This document shows positions 38,032-49,381 of a stretch of DNA of 64,000 nucleotides, one piece after another. Source of the DNA: Epithemia pelagica (lineage: Eukaryota; Protista; Bacillariophyta); the NCBI GenBank assembly GCA_946965045.2, contig OX337235.1, forward strand, positions 2,728,001 to 2,792,000. The letters are read 5' to 3'. A program made the position numbers and the translations under genes. Position 1 is the first letter of the stretch; every line of letters begins with the position of its first letter. The notes below the pieces were generated by a model that worked only from the letters and a program-made list of their open reading frames with translations, was not told the DNA's origin and searched no databases.

Positions 38032-39829
38032 ATGTCGACATCCTCTCACAAGCGAACCCGAAGGTCTCAAAAGGCTGTCAGGAAAGCCTTCGGCACCCGT
38101 AGTGCCTCCGCACCGCCTTATACAACGCAGAATTCAGATGATAGCAGACCCATCGCCGAAACTACATCTGCACCTCAATCTCAAGAAGCCAACACCGACC
38201 CTGTCTCCACCGGCAACGCGACCTCGTCGGTTGCTTTGTTGCCCTCTGCTTCCTGTGGTGTTCCGTACGAAACTCTGCAAATCTGCCGGACTCAACCAGG
38301 AAGCAACGGACAACCTTCCAACAGGTCTGAACCGTCCTCAACAAGAGCAATGGACAGTTCAATCTCGTCGGTGTCAACTACACCACGCTTCCATGCGATC
38401 CCTCCACCGGTCTTTCAACCCTCTATGTTATTTCCCACAGTGCCACCACAACGTCAGACCACCGCAGCTTCCGCTTCAAACAACAGCAACACTTCAACTT
38501 CCGTCCAAAGCACGGTCTTGTCTTCATCCTTTCACGTTTTGCACCGTCGCGATTCCATTGGACTTGTTCAATTTGGTACGCAATCTTCCCCTCCCAAGCC
38601 CATGAATGTGCAGAGTCCAAAAGAGGCGGACGCTTCCACACCAGCTGGTACTTTGGGAACCGAAATAAATGAGCAAACGTCAACCACAACCATGCACAAC
38701 AACCCTCAGCAAGCGACCACTCCGTACACTGTTGCTACTGCCGCCGCGCCTCCGACTGCACAAACCACCGGAACTGATTCGTTGTCATCCCTTGAACTCG
38801 TCGGTTCCGGTCTTAATCTCACACGTCGGCCACCCACTTCAGCAATGCAACCCTATATACATCCAAACCTGAAGTTACAAGTACCCAAAATCACGGAGGG
38901 TTCTTTTTTGGTTCCATTGCGACGCCACCCCCCTCTTTCTTGTCGAACCCCAGGTGACTCGGAAAAAAAAAAACCCTCCAATGGTTCTTGTGTCTTCTAC
39001 TCCGGATGATGTATCTTCACTGTCGTTGGTTTCCAATCACTGTGGTCCTTTGATGCGACGTGCTAAGAACTACACGAAGGGTGTAACACGGTCTCCCACT
39101 GGCACAGCAAAACAACGTCGTTATAACAACACCAACAAACGAAAGCGATCCTCTAGTGACAGCGACAGTGTACCACTGGCCTCCTCGTCCCTGATGTCGG
39201 ATGCTGTGCCTGGTCTATCAAGTACTTTGGCTGCCCCAATTCAAATGGTTACTTCATTTGCCTTGCGAACGCTCTTTCTGGAAGATATTTGGTTCTTGGA
39301 GGTAGGAACACCCATCGTCTTGTTCTTCCGAAGCGAACTCCTACCACCACGTTATGCAAAAGGTTGGTTGGATGTTGCGCGGGACACTCACCAATCACAA
39401 CACATTCCTCAAGTCATGTGCCAGGGCAATCTCTACAATCAACTTTGTGGATATGTGCACTTAAATCCTTCCGGTGTTATCCGAAAAGTAACTGGCACCA
39501 AGACATACAACGATATCATCGCTGCAATGTCCGAAAGATCACAGAACGGATTATACCTCAAGTTTCCTGTTTTCTCACCATCGTCTGGTTGCAACCTTGT
39601 TTCCCCCCCACCGATTGCATCCAACAACTCCTATCCTATTTCGAGATCTTTAACTATCCGCAAGCACTGTTCCTTCAGGCCGACTACCACCCGGAAAGGA
39701 GCTGGTACACAATCTTCAAGCGACTGAAAGCTTCTGGTGGAGATAGATTGACCCTTCTACACAGGATAGTCCAAGAAACACCAGGAGACCGCTATAGTCT
39801 AGCGGAATTACGCAACATTTGGCAACAGT
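38032..39829 (+). pseudogene. 5' part of the Academ-like transposase; two frameshifts at homopolymers, then cut by the LTR insertion
   Basis: ORFs 37837-39009, 38954-39727 and 39289-39894 switch frame near A11 (38963-38973) and probably C7 (39603-39609). Removing the insertion gives NIWQQ|FDVKQRH in frame with ORF 48290. Confidence 0.55.
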
Positions 39830-40612
39830 TGTTAGAATTCTCACCGTCTATGGTGGTTAGATTCTACATCTCATCGATTCCCCATGTCACATAGCCTCGT
39901 GCTATCGCATCATGCCCTCTAGCTTCGAGCTATGTTTCCTAGCTTCGCGCTATATCGACCTATATTTCTTCGCAAATCATGAAAAGTGAGAATAGATTGA
40001 CGAACTCACTCTCAAGACTAAATTGGGTCGTGCGGTATTACAACGGACGTAAATTTGGCCGTTGCTCGGACACTGTACTAACGCCCTAAGCGTACGCGCC
40101 CGAAATCATCGAGCGCGCCCAAGCGACATCCGAGCGCTATCGGCATCTATCCGATCCAACGGTCTAAGTATCCCAAGCACGACACACGATCACGCGAGAC
40201 CATATTTCCATTCCCACAATCTCCAAATTGTCAACAAGCTGCGCGCCATGAAAACAACTATGCCAACCCAAAGCAAGAGCTGTTGACCCTGTATATGTTA
40301 TCCGCCCACATATACATGTCATATACATCACATGAATCAACTCCAACTATTCCAAACCTGTTGCCGCCAAGAACCTATGATACATGACCCTTGGCAGGAC
40401 CGAACATTTCACGTAGACCTATCGTAGTAATCAACACACAATCTAACAATATCACCATTTATCACATCCTCTTTTGTGTCCCGACTATCCTTCTGATAGA
40501 CTTCGACTTGCTTGCTTCTCTGACCCTGAGAAGCTTGTATCGGTTGGTGACCTACCTGATTGTCTGCTCTACCGAGCATCAATGTCCCTACGATTCAGAA
40601 AGAATTGTAACA
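39830..40612 (+). repeat. 5' LTR
   Basis: TGTTAGAATT...TTGTAACA; no differences from the 3' LTR seen (constant offset of 7601). Confidence 0.97.
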
Positions 40613-40626
40613 GATTAACAGTCTCA
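40613..40626 (+). promoter_or_regulatory. Putative primer-binding site complementary to the anticodon arm of a tRNA-Asn(GUU)
   Basis: GATTAACAGTCTCA abuts the LTR; its reverse complement is TGAGA-CTGTTAA-TC (stem strand, 7-nt GTT loop, first two pairing bases). Confidence 0.6.
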
Positions 40627-40648
40627 AAGCTTATTTCCTTGTGGTTTC

Positions 40649-41428
40649 ATGGATACTAACGAGATTATCACTCCTGTACGACAGATCTATCGAGCCAACC
40701 TGCATCCCGGGCAGCCCGATACCCTGGTGCAGCAGGAACTGGTGCCGACGCCGAAGGCAGCCAACACATCGGTCAACATCTCCGTCGACAGTTCCAACAG
40801 CAACCCATTCGAGACTCCAACCCAGCCTCACGCTCCGATCCCTGCGCCGTTGCTTCGGCCCCCGAGTCCGCCTCGTCGGCTCGTCCCTTCTCGATCCCGT
40901 CGTACCACCCGGTTGATTGCTGATCATATCAAGTACTTCCGCCAACCAACTTGTTCGACCTTCGATCCCGAGATCATCCGTGGGGAGACCCAGATCGAAC
41001 GCCAGTTCCAATCGGTGACCCACATCGTCGACCAAGAAGACATTGACCGTCTGAACGACCAACTTCACCGCTCTCCGAGGCGTCGCCTCATCTTTGCCGC
41101 CCTCTCGGGCAACCCCATCCGTACTGTCCACCTCCGCTTCCTAACCTTCGAGCGCCCAACTGGATACTACAATACCATCTACGTCGTGAACGCGACGACT
41201 TGCCCTCTGCCTCCTAACGTTGTACGCCTAGATAACTACGTTGCCTACATCCACGAGGTCCATACCATCGAGGACCATCGTGCAACTATCTACCCTTTGC
41301 GTACCGAGGTCGAGAACCACCTGGCTGAAGGTGATACCCCTTCTTCTGTTGCTTGTGCTGCCCCATCTGAGCCTGGAAGCGACTCTGATCATTCGGAAGA
41401 GGGTGAGGATTCAGAGACCGAAGCTTAA
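40649..41428 (+). CDS. Extra ORF of unknown function inside the copia element, upstream of gag-pol
   Basis: Uninterrupted 259-aa ATG ORF starting 36 nt after the LTR, with a Pro-rich N-terminus and an acidic C-terminus. Confidence 0.6.
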   Translation: MDTNEIITPVRQIYRANLHPGQPDTLVQQELVPTPKAANTSVNISVDSSNSNPFETPTQPHAPIPAPLLRPPSPPRRLVPSRSRRTTRLIADHIKYFRQPTCSTFDPEIIRGETQIERQFQSVTHIVDQEDIDRLNDQLHRSPRRRLIFAALSGNPIRTVHLRFLTFERPTGYYNTIYVVNATTCPLPPNVVRLDNYVAYIHEVHTIEDHRATIYPLRTEVENHLAEGDTPSSVACAAPSEPGSDSDHSEEGEDSETEA

Positions 41429-41748
41429 TTACTCATAGTTAACTCCCGTCCTCTCAAAACCTTTCCAAGACTTAAACTCAACGCACATCCGGGTACCCTT
41501 GGTCGCACAACACGCCACACATTCCCGTCAAATCGCGAAAATTCGGCGAAAATTTGTTGAAACTCGGCGAAAATTTGTCGAAATCAACGGAAATTTCCAG
41601 GAGTCGCACATCACAACACACATCCGGGTATTACATACGTGGTACATACGTGGCACACGTGGTACATCCGGGTTCGCATCACATCACACATTAAATAAAC
41701 CACATCACACCGCACATTAAATAAACATCGAACCAACCAAATAACACC

Positions 41749-44700
41749 ATGGATCCTCAATCACCCAAGACACCTACGACTCCTAAGGGAGAAGATAACC
41801 AAGACAATGTCTCGGACACAGACCTATTCGACCACATCATATTTACTGTCTGCCAATTTTTTACCAAAGAAAGGGCTGACTACTTAATGAAGTGGATGAA
41901 ATACCATGGTTTTGAGAACATTACCCATGTTATCTCGTATATGCAAACTAATACCGAGGAATCCATGAAGGAACTGACACAATACAAGGTCAACAAACAG
42001 ACACATGATCTACAAGGCCCCACAAGACAGCAGATCAAGCTCTTGGCTTATTGGGCCACATACAAGACCAATGAAATTCAAGACGAGCTATCCAATAGCG
42101 ACTGGATGAACCTAACGAGGAAAGAGTTCAACACTTGGAGGATCAACACAGATTTCTCTAAGGGACTACCTAGCCAAGTCCCAGTCTCGCCAATGAAGTC
42201 ACCGTCATCTGTGAAATCTGTCAGCACAGTTACTGCCGCATCCCAATCTCAACAAGACCTTACAGCATTCAGAAAGGGAACTAAGCGCGACGCAACTGCA
42301 TATGAGGTATTCAAGGATGAACGATACTACGATTCATTCTGGCGTGTATTCAAGACTACAGCTAAGGCTCAAGGCCTATCCAACGTTCTGAATTTCAAAT
42401 ACACACCACCCCATGATGATGAGTATGCCGAAGAACTTTTTCAAGAGCAACAAGTATTTCTTTACTCCGTTCTTGTCCGTATCATTCAGACTGACCAAGG
42501 TCGAGCCTATGTACGTGAACATGAACATGATGAAGATGCGCGTGCCGTATTGCAGAAGTTACACTCTTTGCATACCGAATCCGACCTAGCAAAGCGAGAA
42601 GTCCTCCGCTTAACCAACTACATTTCCAATCTACGTCTTGACGACACATGGCGCGGAACAACACGTCAATTTCTTCTACACTTTCAAGAGCAGCTACGTT
42701 TGCTAGACAATTTAGTGACATTGTCTGATCGCATCCCTGATCATACCAGGATGACCTTCCTCATGCAAGCTGTAGAAAAGGTACCTGATCTCCGCCGAGT
42801 CAAGATCTTGGATAATGTGGTGAACACCAAATCCGGTGCAAAATCCCTTTGCTATCAATCATACTTCCGTCTCCTTCTAGACGCAGCTTATGACCATGAT
42901 CAAGCAACCCAGTCATCTGTTCATAGTCGCCGTCGACATGTCAAACAACATGAATCACTATATGGCCAAGATACAGATGCTGACATAACCTCACAAGATG
43001 ATATGGAGTATCATGTCCACAACACCAAAGCGACATCTGAATCTCCATCCTCTTCGTCCAAGGTTAGTCTACCGCGTGACCTATGGTTCAAACTTTCTGA
43101 AGAAGATCGCAAGTTGATCATTGAATATAACAAGATGATTCAAGCACCTTCATCAACAACACCGAGGACAGTGCAAACACATGCCCTCGACATTGATCCG
43201 GAACCTGATCCTGATCCCAACCAAGTTGTATCTGATGACGACTCACCTGGCGTAGTCACTGAGCATTCAGATGATTCAGATCCGGTTACACAATTTATCA
43301 ACCAAGCCATGACGACTGATATCAATCACCCGGCAACTGACCTGACTAGTGTTCTTTCTAACGCCAAGTCCAAGACGAGCAAGAAGGTTACTTTCAAAGC
43401 CAACATGCATAAACAAGCAGGACATGTTCCACGCTATCTGTTTTCCAGGAAATCTACTTTACCAGGGAATCAATTGATTGACCGTGGTGCTAATGGAGGA
43501 CTTGCTGGTTCTGACATGCGCATCCTTTCTAAGACTGGCCGCCATATCACTATTGTGGGTATTGATAACCATGAACTTACTGGACTTCCTGTCGTCACAT
43601 GTGCCGCAAAGTTTGAGACCAATGATGGACCTATTGTCGGCATCTTCAATGAATATGCTTATTATGGGAAGGGCTTATCTATCCATGCTCCTGGTCAATT
43701 CGAGCATTTCGGACTTGCTGTTGATGAACGATCTGTTAAAGTTGATGGTAAACAACGCATCACTACACTTGATGGTCGTGCCATACCCCTTCACATTAAG
43801 GATGGGTTAGCCTACATCCACTCCTTGGGTATCCCCAGCGACGATGACATGGATACCTTACCTCAGATCATCTTCACGTCACCCGACACATGGGATCCTG
43901 GTGTTCTGGACCATTCGTATTCTCCCACACCCTCTGACAATGATCCTGATTGGAAACACGTCAAGACTGATGGTAGTATGTCGAACCATCCATATGACAA
44001 CTATGGGGAGTACACTGATCGTGTTGTTTGTAACCTCAATCTCCTTTTGGATCTCCCATACGATCATGGACCTGACGACGCACCCTTCTTTTCTATCTAT
44101 GCTGACGCAGAAGGTAATGATCCTACACTTCATGCCTCTGTCCACCGTCGTTACCAGGAAGCGTATGACTGGAAGAAGTTCCGTCCATTCTTTGGTTGGC
44201 AATCTGAAGATGTTATTGCCGATACGTTCAAGCACACTACACGTAATGGTAGCATTACTTTTGACCACGACACCCTCAAGAAACATTTCAAGGCTCGCAA
44301 TCCGGTCCTTAATATACCTCGACGCCATGAACCCGTTGCTACTGACTCGGTTTTCTCCGACACCCCTGCTGTTGACCATGGCGGTAAAGTCGCACAAATC
44401 TTTGTTGGTCGAGATACTCTGGTTACTGATATCTATGGGATCAAGTCAACCAAACAGTTTGTCAATACTCTTCAGGACAACATCCGGTTTCGTGGTGCCA
44501 TGGAGACTCTTATCAGTGATGGTGGTTCATCTCTCATCTCTCAAAAGGTTAAAGACATTCTTCGCACTTTGCTTATTGGGGAGTATCGATCCGAACCTTA
44601 TCATCAACACCAGAATAAGGCTGAAAACCGTTACCAGACCGTTAAACGTATGACCAACGCTCTCATGAATGCCACTGGTTGCCCTGCCAACACCTGGCTT

Positions 44701-47436
44701 CTTTGCCTTGAGTATGTCTGTGACTTATTGAACCATACGTCATCACCCACCCACTCCGGTCGCACTCCTCTTGAGGCTCTCTCCGGACGCCCACCCGACA
44801 TTACTCATCTCTTGTTCTTTCCTTTCTGGGATGAGGTTTACTATCGTGTCGACCCCGCTGAACCCAATTCCGGTTCATATCCATCTTCTTCTGATGAGAA
44901 ACTTGGCCACTGGGTTGGTTTTGCTCACAACGTTGGTGATTCTTTTACTTGGAAGATTCTCACCCAGGATAACCAGATCATCTACCGTTCTGCCGTTCGC
45001 CGTGTTGCATCCACTACACCTAACCTACGTGTGGATCGACCTTCAGGGGAGGATTCGTCTGACAAGGATGACAATGATAAGCAAGCTGACACTGTCTTCA
45101 TTCGCAGTGATAGTGAAGATCCATCCAAACCAATGCCCACGATCGATTTTGACGACATGATAGGACGCACATTCCTATGCGACACAGAAGAAAATGGGGA
45201 GCGACACCGTGCACGTGTCATCAAACGAGTCATTGATCTTAATGAAGAAGCAACGAAACAGGAAGAACGTGTCAAGTATATCTACCGAAAGACAAATTCT
45301 GATGTTGATGAGATGATATCCTATAATCAACTCATGGAGTATATCGAACGAGATAACCAAGCTCAAACCTCTGGAGATAATCTTTTCAGGTTCAGGGACG
45401 TCATTGCCCATCAAGGCCCACTGAACACAACTGATCCAGATTACAAGGGGAGCAAATATAATTTGCTTGTTGATTGGGAAACTGGGGAGACTACCTATGA
45501 ACCTTTATCACTCATCGCCAATGATGATCCAATCACTGTAGCAATTTATGGAAAGAAACATGATTTACTCAACGAACCTGGATGGAAGCATTTGAAACGT
45601 TATGTCAAAACAAGCAAACGTCTCATTCGAGCAGCCAAACAGTCAAGGATTAAACAAGTTCACCATTCCGTCAAGTATAAGTTTGGATTCCAAGTACCAC
45701 GCAATTATGAGGAAGCTGTCACTCTTGATAAACAACATGGCAACACAAAGTGGCAAGATGCAACAGAATTAGAATTGTCACAGATCCAGTCCTACAAGAC
45801 ATTCAAGGATTTTGGGAAAGCCATCTTCATTAAAGGGAAAGTATCCAATGCACCTGAAGGATATCATAAGATACGTGTACATCTTGTCTTTGACGTAAAA
45901 CATGATGGACGACATAAAGCAAGACTTGTCGCAGATGGACATCTCACAAAAGAACCTGTTGAGACAATCTATTCAGGTGTTGTTTCCATTCGCAACCTCC
46001 GCATTGCCTTATTCCTGGGTACTTTGAATGACTTGGAAATATGGGGAGCAGATATTGGAAACGCATATCTGGAAGCCTTGACAGGGGAGAAACTTTTCAT
46101 TGTCGCAGGACCTGAATTCAAGGAATTAGAAGGCCACATCCTGATTATATACAAGGCACTTTATGGATTGAAGTCATCAGGCGCACGCTGGCATGATGTC
46201 TTATTCGATGTTTTGACAGACATGGGATTTTCACCAAGCAAAGCAGATCCGGATATCTGGATGAGGAAGGCACCTGGAGAAGACTGTTACGAATACATTG
46301 CCGTATACGTTGATGACTTAGCCATTATTTCTACTGATCCTGGGAATATCTGCAAGATCCTGAAGGAGAAATACAACTTCAAACTCAAAGGAGATGGACC
46401 TATTGATTTCCACTTGGGATGTTGTTACACCAAGGATTCTGATGGAACATTAGTAGCAGATCCAAGACGCTACATTGGTAAGATGATGGACACTTTCGAA
46501 CGAATCTTCAAGGAGAAACCCAAGAAAGCCAAAACACCTCTTATTGGTGGAGACCATCCTGAATTGGACGATTCTGAGCTCCTTGATGAAGAAGGTACTA
46601 ACCATTTCCAAACTCTGATTGGACAACTTCAATGGGTGATCACTATTGGTCGTTTCGACGTCTTCACCGCTACAATGACGCTATCACGCTTTCGTGCTGC
46701 TCCGAGGAAAGGACATCTTGATAGAGCCAAGCGTATCTATGGATACCTTGCACATCTCCCAGAAGGCGCAATCAGATTTAGGATTGGAGAGCCTGATTAT
46801 TCAAGTCTTCCTACCCAAGAATTTGATTGGACTCGCACTGTCTATTCGAATGCAAGTGAACGTATTCCTGAAGACTGCCCAACACCTCTTGGCCGCTATG
46901 TTACTACAACTCATTATGTTGATGCCAATCTCATGCATGACATAGTCACTGGTAAATCCGTCACTGCTGTTCTACATTTGTTGAACGGAACACCTATTGA
47001 CTGGTACAGCAAGAGACAGAGCACAGTGGAAACTGCTACCTATGGATCCGAGTTCGTGGCTGCAAGGACAGCAATAGATCAGATTACAGAATTACGACAT
47101 TCTCTCCGCTACCTTGGAGTACCTATCCGAGAGCGAAGTTACATGTACGGAGATAACAGATCTGTTGTGCTCAATGCAACCGTTCCTCATTCCATACTAT
47201 CCAAGAGACACCATCTTCTGTCATACCACCGAGTTCGTGAAGCCATCGCAGCAAAGTATGTTGCATTCTACTGGAAAGATGGAAAGACCAACCCCGCCGA
47301 TATCCTTAGCAAACATTGGGATTTCGTATCTATCTGGCCCATGCTCAAGCCATTGTTGTTTTGGAAAGGAGAAGTCCAAGACCTCAACAAATCCAATGAT
47401 GACAAGGCTGAAACGACGAGTTGTGGGGAGTGTTAG
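41749..47436 (+). CDS. Copia gag-pol polyprotein (GAG-PR-IN-RT-RNaseH)
   Basis: Protease LIDRGANGG; integrase VATDSVF/LISDGG/SEPYHQHQNKAE; RT RHKARLVADG and YVDDL; RNase H YVDANL. Integrase precedes RT, which is the copia order. Confidence 0.97.
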   Translation: MDPQSPKTPTTPKGEDNQDNVSDTDLFDHIIFTVCQFFTKERADYLMKWMKYHGFENITHVISYMQTNTEESMKELTQYKVNKQTHDLQGPTRQQIKLLAYWATYKTNEIQDELSNSDWMNLTRKEFNTWRINTDFSKGLPSQVPVSPMKSPSSVKSVSTVTAASQSQQDLTAFRKGTKRDATAYEVFKDERYYDSFWRVFKTTAKAQGLSNVLNFKYTPPHDDEYAEELFQEQQVFLYSVLVRIIQTDQGRAYVREHEHDEDARAVLQKLHSLHTESDLAKREVLRLTNYISNLRLDDTWRGTTRQFLLHFQEQLRLLDNLVTLSDRIPDHTRMTFLMQAVEKVPDLRRVKILDNVVNTKSGAKSLCYQSYFRLLLDAAYDHDQATQSSVHSRRRHVKQHESLYGQDTDADITSQDDMEYHVHNTKATSESPSSSSKVSLPRDLWFKLSEEDRKLIIEYNKMIQAPSSTTPRTVQTHALDIDPEPDPDPNQVVSDDDSPGVVTEHSDDSDPVTQFINQAMTTDINHPATDLTSVLSNAKSKTSKKVTFKANMHKQAGHVPRYLFSRKSTLPGNQLIDRGANGGLAGSDMRILSKTGRHITIVGIDNHELTGLPVVTCAAKFETNDGPIVGIFNEYAYYGKGLSIHAPGQFEHFGLAVDERSVKVDGKQRITTLDGRAIPLHIKDGLAYIHSLGIPSDDDMDTLPQIIFTSPDTWDPGVLDHSYSPTPSDNDPDWKHVKTDGSMSNHPYDNYGEYTDRVVCNLNLLLDLPYDHGPDDAPFFSIYADAEGNDPTLHASVHRRYQEAYDWKKFRPFFGWQSEDVIADTFKHTTRNGSITFDHDTLKKHFKARNPVLNIPRRHEPVATDSVFSDTPAVDHGGKVAQIFVGRDTLVTDIYGIKSTKQFVNTLQDNIRFRGAMETLISDGGSSLISQKVKDILRTLLIGEYRSEPYHQHQNKAENRYQTVKRMTNALMNATGCPANTWLLCLEYVCDLLNHTSSPTHSGRTPLEALSGRPPDITHLLFFPFWDEVYYRVDPAEPNSGSYPSSSDEKLGHWVGFAHNVGDSFTWKILTQDNQIIYRSAVRRVASTTPNLRVDRPSGEDSSDKDDNDKQADTVFIRSDSEDPSKPMPTIDFDDMIGRTFLCDTEENGERHRARVIKRVIDLNEEATKQEERVKYIYRKTNSDVDEMISYNQLMEYIERDNQAQTSGDNLFRFRDVIAHQGPLNTTDPDYKGSKYNLLVDWETGETTYEPLSLIANDDPITVAIYGKKHDLLNEPGWKHLKRYVKTSKRLIRAAKQSRIKQVHHSVKYKFGFQVPRNYEEAVTLDKQHGNTKWQDATELELSQIQSYKTFKDFGKAIFIKGKVSNAPEGYHKIRVHLVFDVKHDGRHKARLVADGHLTKEPVETIYSGVVSIRNLRIALFLGTLNDLEIWGADIGNAYLEALTGEKLFIVAGPEFKELEGHILIIYKALYGLKSSGARWHDVLFDVLTDMGFSPSKADPDIWMRKAPGEDCYEYIAVYVDDLAIISTDPGNICKILKEKYNFKLKGDGPIDFHLGCCYTKDSDGTLVADPRRYIGKMMDTFERIFKEKPKKAKTPLIGGDHPELDDSELLDEEGTNHFQTLIGQLQWVITIGRFDVFTATMTLSRFRAAPRKGHLDRAKRIYGYLAHLPEGAIRFRIGEPDYSSLPTQEFDWTRTVYSNASERIPEDCPTPLGRYVTTTHYVDANLMHDIVTGKSVTAVLHLLNGTPIDWYSKRQSTVETATYGSEFVAARTAIDQITELRHSLRYLGVPIRERSYMYGDNRSVVLNATVPHSILSKRHHLLSYHRVREAIAAKYVAFYWKDGKTNPADILSKHWDFVSIWPMLKPLLFWKGEVQDLNKSNDDKAETTSCGEC

Positions 47437-48213
47437 AATTCTCACCGTCTATGGTGGTTAGATTCTACATCTCATCGATTCCCCATGTCACATAGCCTCG
47501 TGCTATCGCATCATGCCCTCTAGCTTCGAGCTATGTTTCCTAGCTTCGCGCTATATCGACCTATATTTCTTCGCAAATCATGAAAAGTGAGAATAGATTG
47601 ACGAACTCACTCTCAAGACTAAATTGGGTCGTGCGGTATTACAACGGACGTAAATTTGGCCGTTGCTCGGACACTGTACTAACGCCCTAAGCGTACGCGC
47701 CCGAAATCATCGAGCGCGCCCAAGCGACATCCGAGCGCTATCGGCATCTATCCGATCCAACGGTCTAAGTATCCCAAGCACGACACACGATCACGCGAGA
47801 CCATATTTCCATTCCCACAATCTCCAAATTGTCAACAAGCTGCGCGCCATGAAAACAACTATGCCAACCCAAAGCAAGAGCTGTTGACCCTGTATATGTT
47901 ATCCGCCCACATATACATGTCATATACATCACATGAATCAACTCCAACTATTCCAAACCTGTTGCCGCCAAGAACCTATGATACATGACCCTTGGCAGGA
48001 CCGAACATTTCACGTAGACCTATCGTAGTAATCAACACACAATCTAACAATATCACCATTTATCACATCCTCTTTTGTGTCCCGACTATCCTTCTGATAG
48101 ACTTCGACTTGCTTGCTTCTCTGACCCTGAGAAGCTTGTATCGGTTGGTGACCTACCTGATTGTCTGCTCTACCGAGCATCAATGTCCCTACGATTCAGA
48201 AAGAATTGTAACA
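47431..48213 (+). repeat. 3' LTR
   Basis: Copy of 39830-40612; contains the gag-pol stop codon (TGT TAG). Confidence 0.97.
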
Positions 48214-48218
48214 ACAGT

Positions 48219-49327
48219 TTGACGTAAAACAACGGCACGATCAAGCCCTTGAGCTTCATCAGGATGTTGTCGGACGCCTCAACGACGCCTTGGCCCAATT
48301 GGAGGCCCCAATCCCACCTCTTATTGAACCGGACGTTGTGAAGCCCTTCTGCGAAATGATGGATAGACAATTATTGACGAGAATGGAGGATTGTTTTGGA
48401 AAGTTCAATAACATATTTGAAAAATTCATTACCGAGAGCAAACTGCGACAACTTGCTTCAGAGTTCGAACAAAAGCTTCCCAAACACTTTGAGACTCTCA
48501 TGAGTCTCAGTGGTCACAAAAACAGACTTGACTCTTTGCCTTCCAATGAACGAAGTCTACTACGGCAACGACTGACTCTTGACGTCCTCTTTCAGTTCAT
48601 TATTCGCGTTAGGAAGCACAACAATCACATGTTGGTGCCGTTTGCGATGATTTTCGCATTGGCCCAGTATGCATGCGGCCATCCTTTGCTAGCGACGCAA
48701 ATACCCGTGTGGATGGGTCTGTCTGTTTCCAAGCGCACTATGGAACGACGGGTGCAAGAGTGGCTGGATGACTACGATAAAAGAACCAAGAGATCATTGC
48801 GGAACGTCACTAGTCTCATGTGTGTTTTTGATAACTTACAAGATAGTCGCCGCCTACAATTCCAAGATGGCCAAAGTTCCATTTATACTAAAGTGACTGC
48901 ACGGTTCGTCATGGCTATGTATCTCGCCCGTTTTCCCTCTTGGGTATACAACTTCCTCGATCGTCCCAAACTAACCTACATCAACCAATCCATTCCAGCA
49001 GCATATCAAATGCCTGCCCTCGAATTGGATGAGCGCTCGAACCCAATGCAAGTGATAAAATCCATTTTCAGCGACGACTACAAGACAGAGGTCAATGAGG
49101 ATGGTAACCCTTTCGATTGCAAAGGAGATCGAGTCAAGAAATATATACACCTCCTTGCTTTGTGTAATGAGCTACAGGGAATCAGACGTTTCTTGTCAAC
49201 CAAACGAACCGACGGTTTGAAATTCGATTACACGCTACAACCGCGAGAGTTCTCCTTGAAAGCTGGACCGGTCTCTAAATTTACTGAAGAGTTACAAATG
49301 TACGGTGAACAAGGAGTCATAGTTTAA
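48219..49327 (+). pseudogene. 3' part of the Academ-like transposase, apparently C-terminally truncated
   Basis: FIIRVRKHNN...FALAQYACG...MGLSVSKRTM...MCVFDNLQ resembles the Academ transposase region leading into its first catalytic Asp. Only ~165 aa follow. Confidence 0.55.
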
Positions 49328-49381
49328 GAAATCGTATGTAATGCATGAAAGTTCCATAAATATATCGAAGTACTGCTAGTG

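Larger units (their letters stand above)
39830..48213 (+). mobile_element. Complete Ty1/copia LTR retrotransposon (CoDi-like), 8384 bp
   Basis: 783-bp TG...CA LTRs, 5-bp target-site duplication ACAGT (39825-39829 and 48214-48218), purine tract GGGGAG before the 3' LTR, intact gag-pol. Confidence 0.97.

Noticed and set aside
40062-40659. Small ORFs within the LTR (repeated at 47663-48222)
   Set aside because: They duplicate only because the LTR does; no coding signature.
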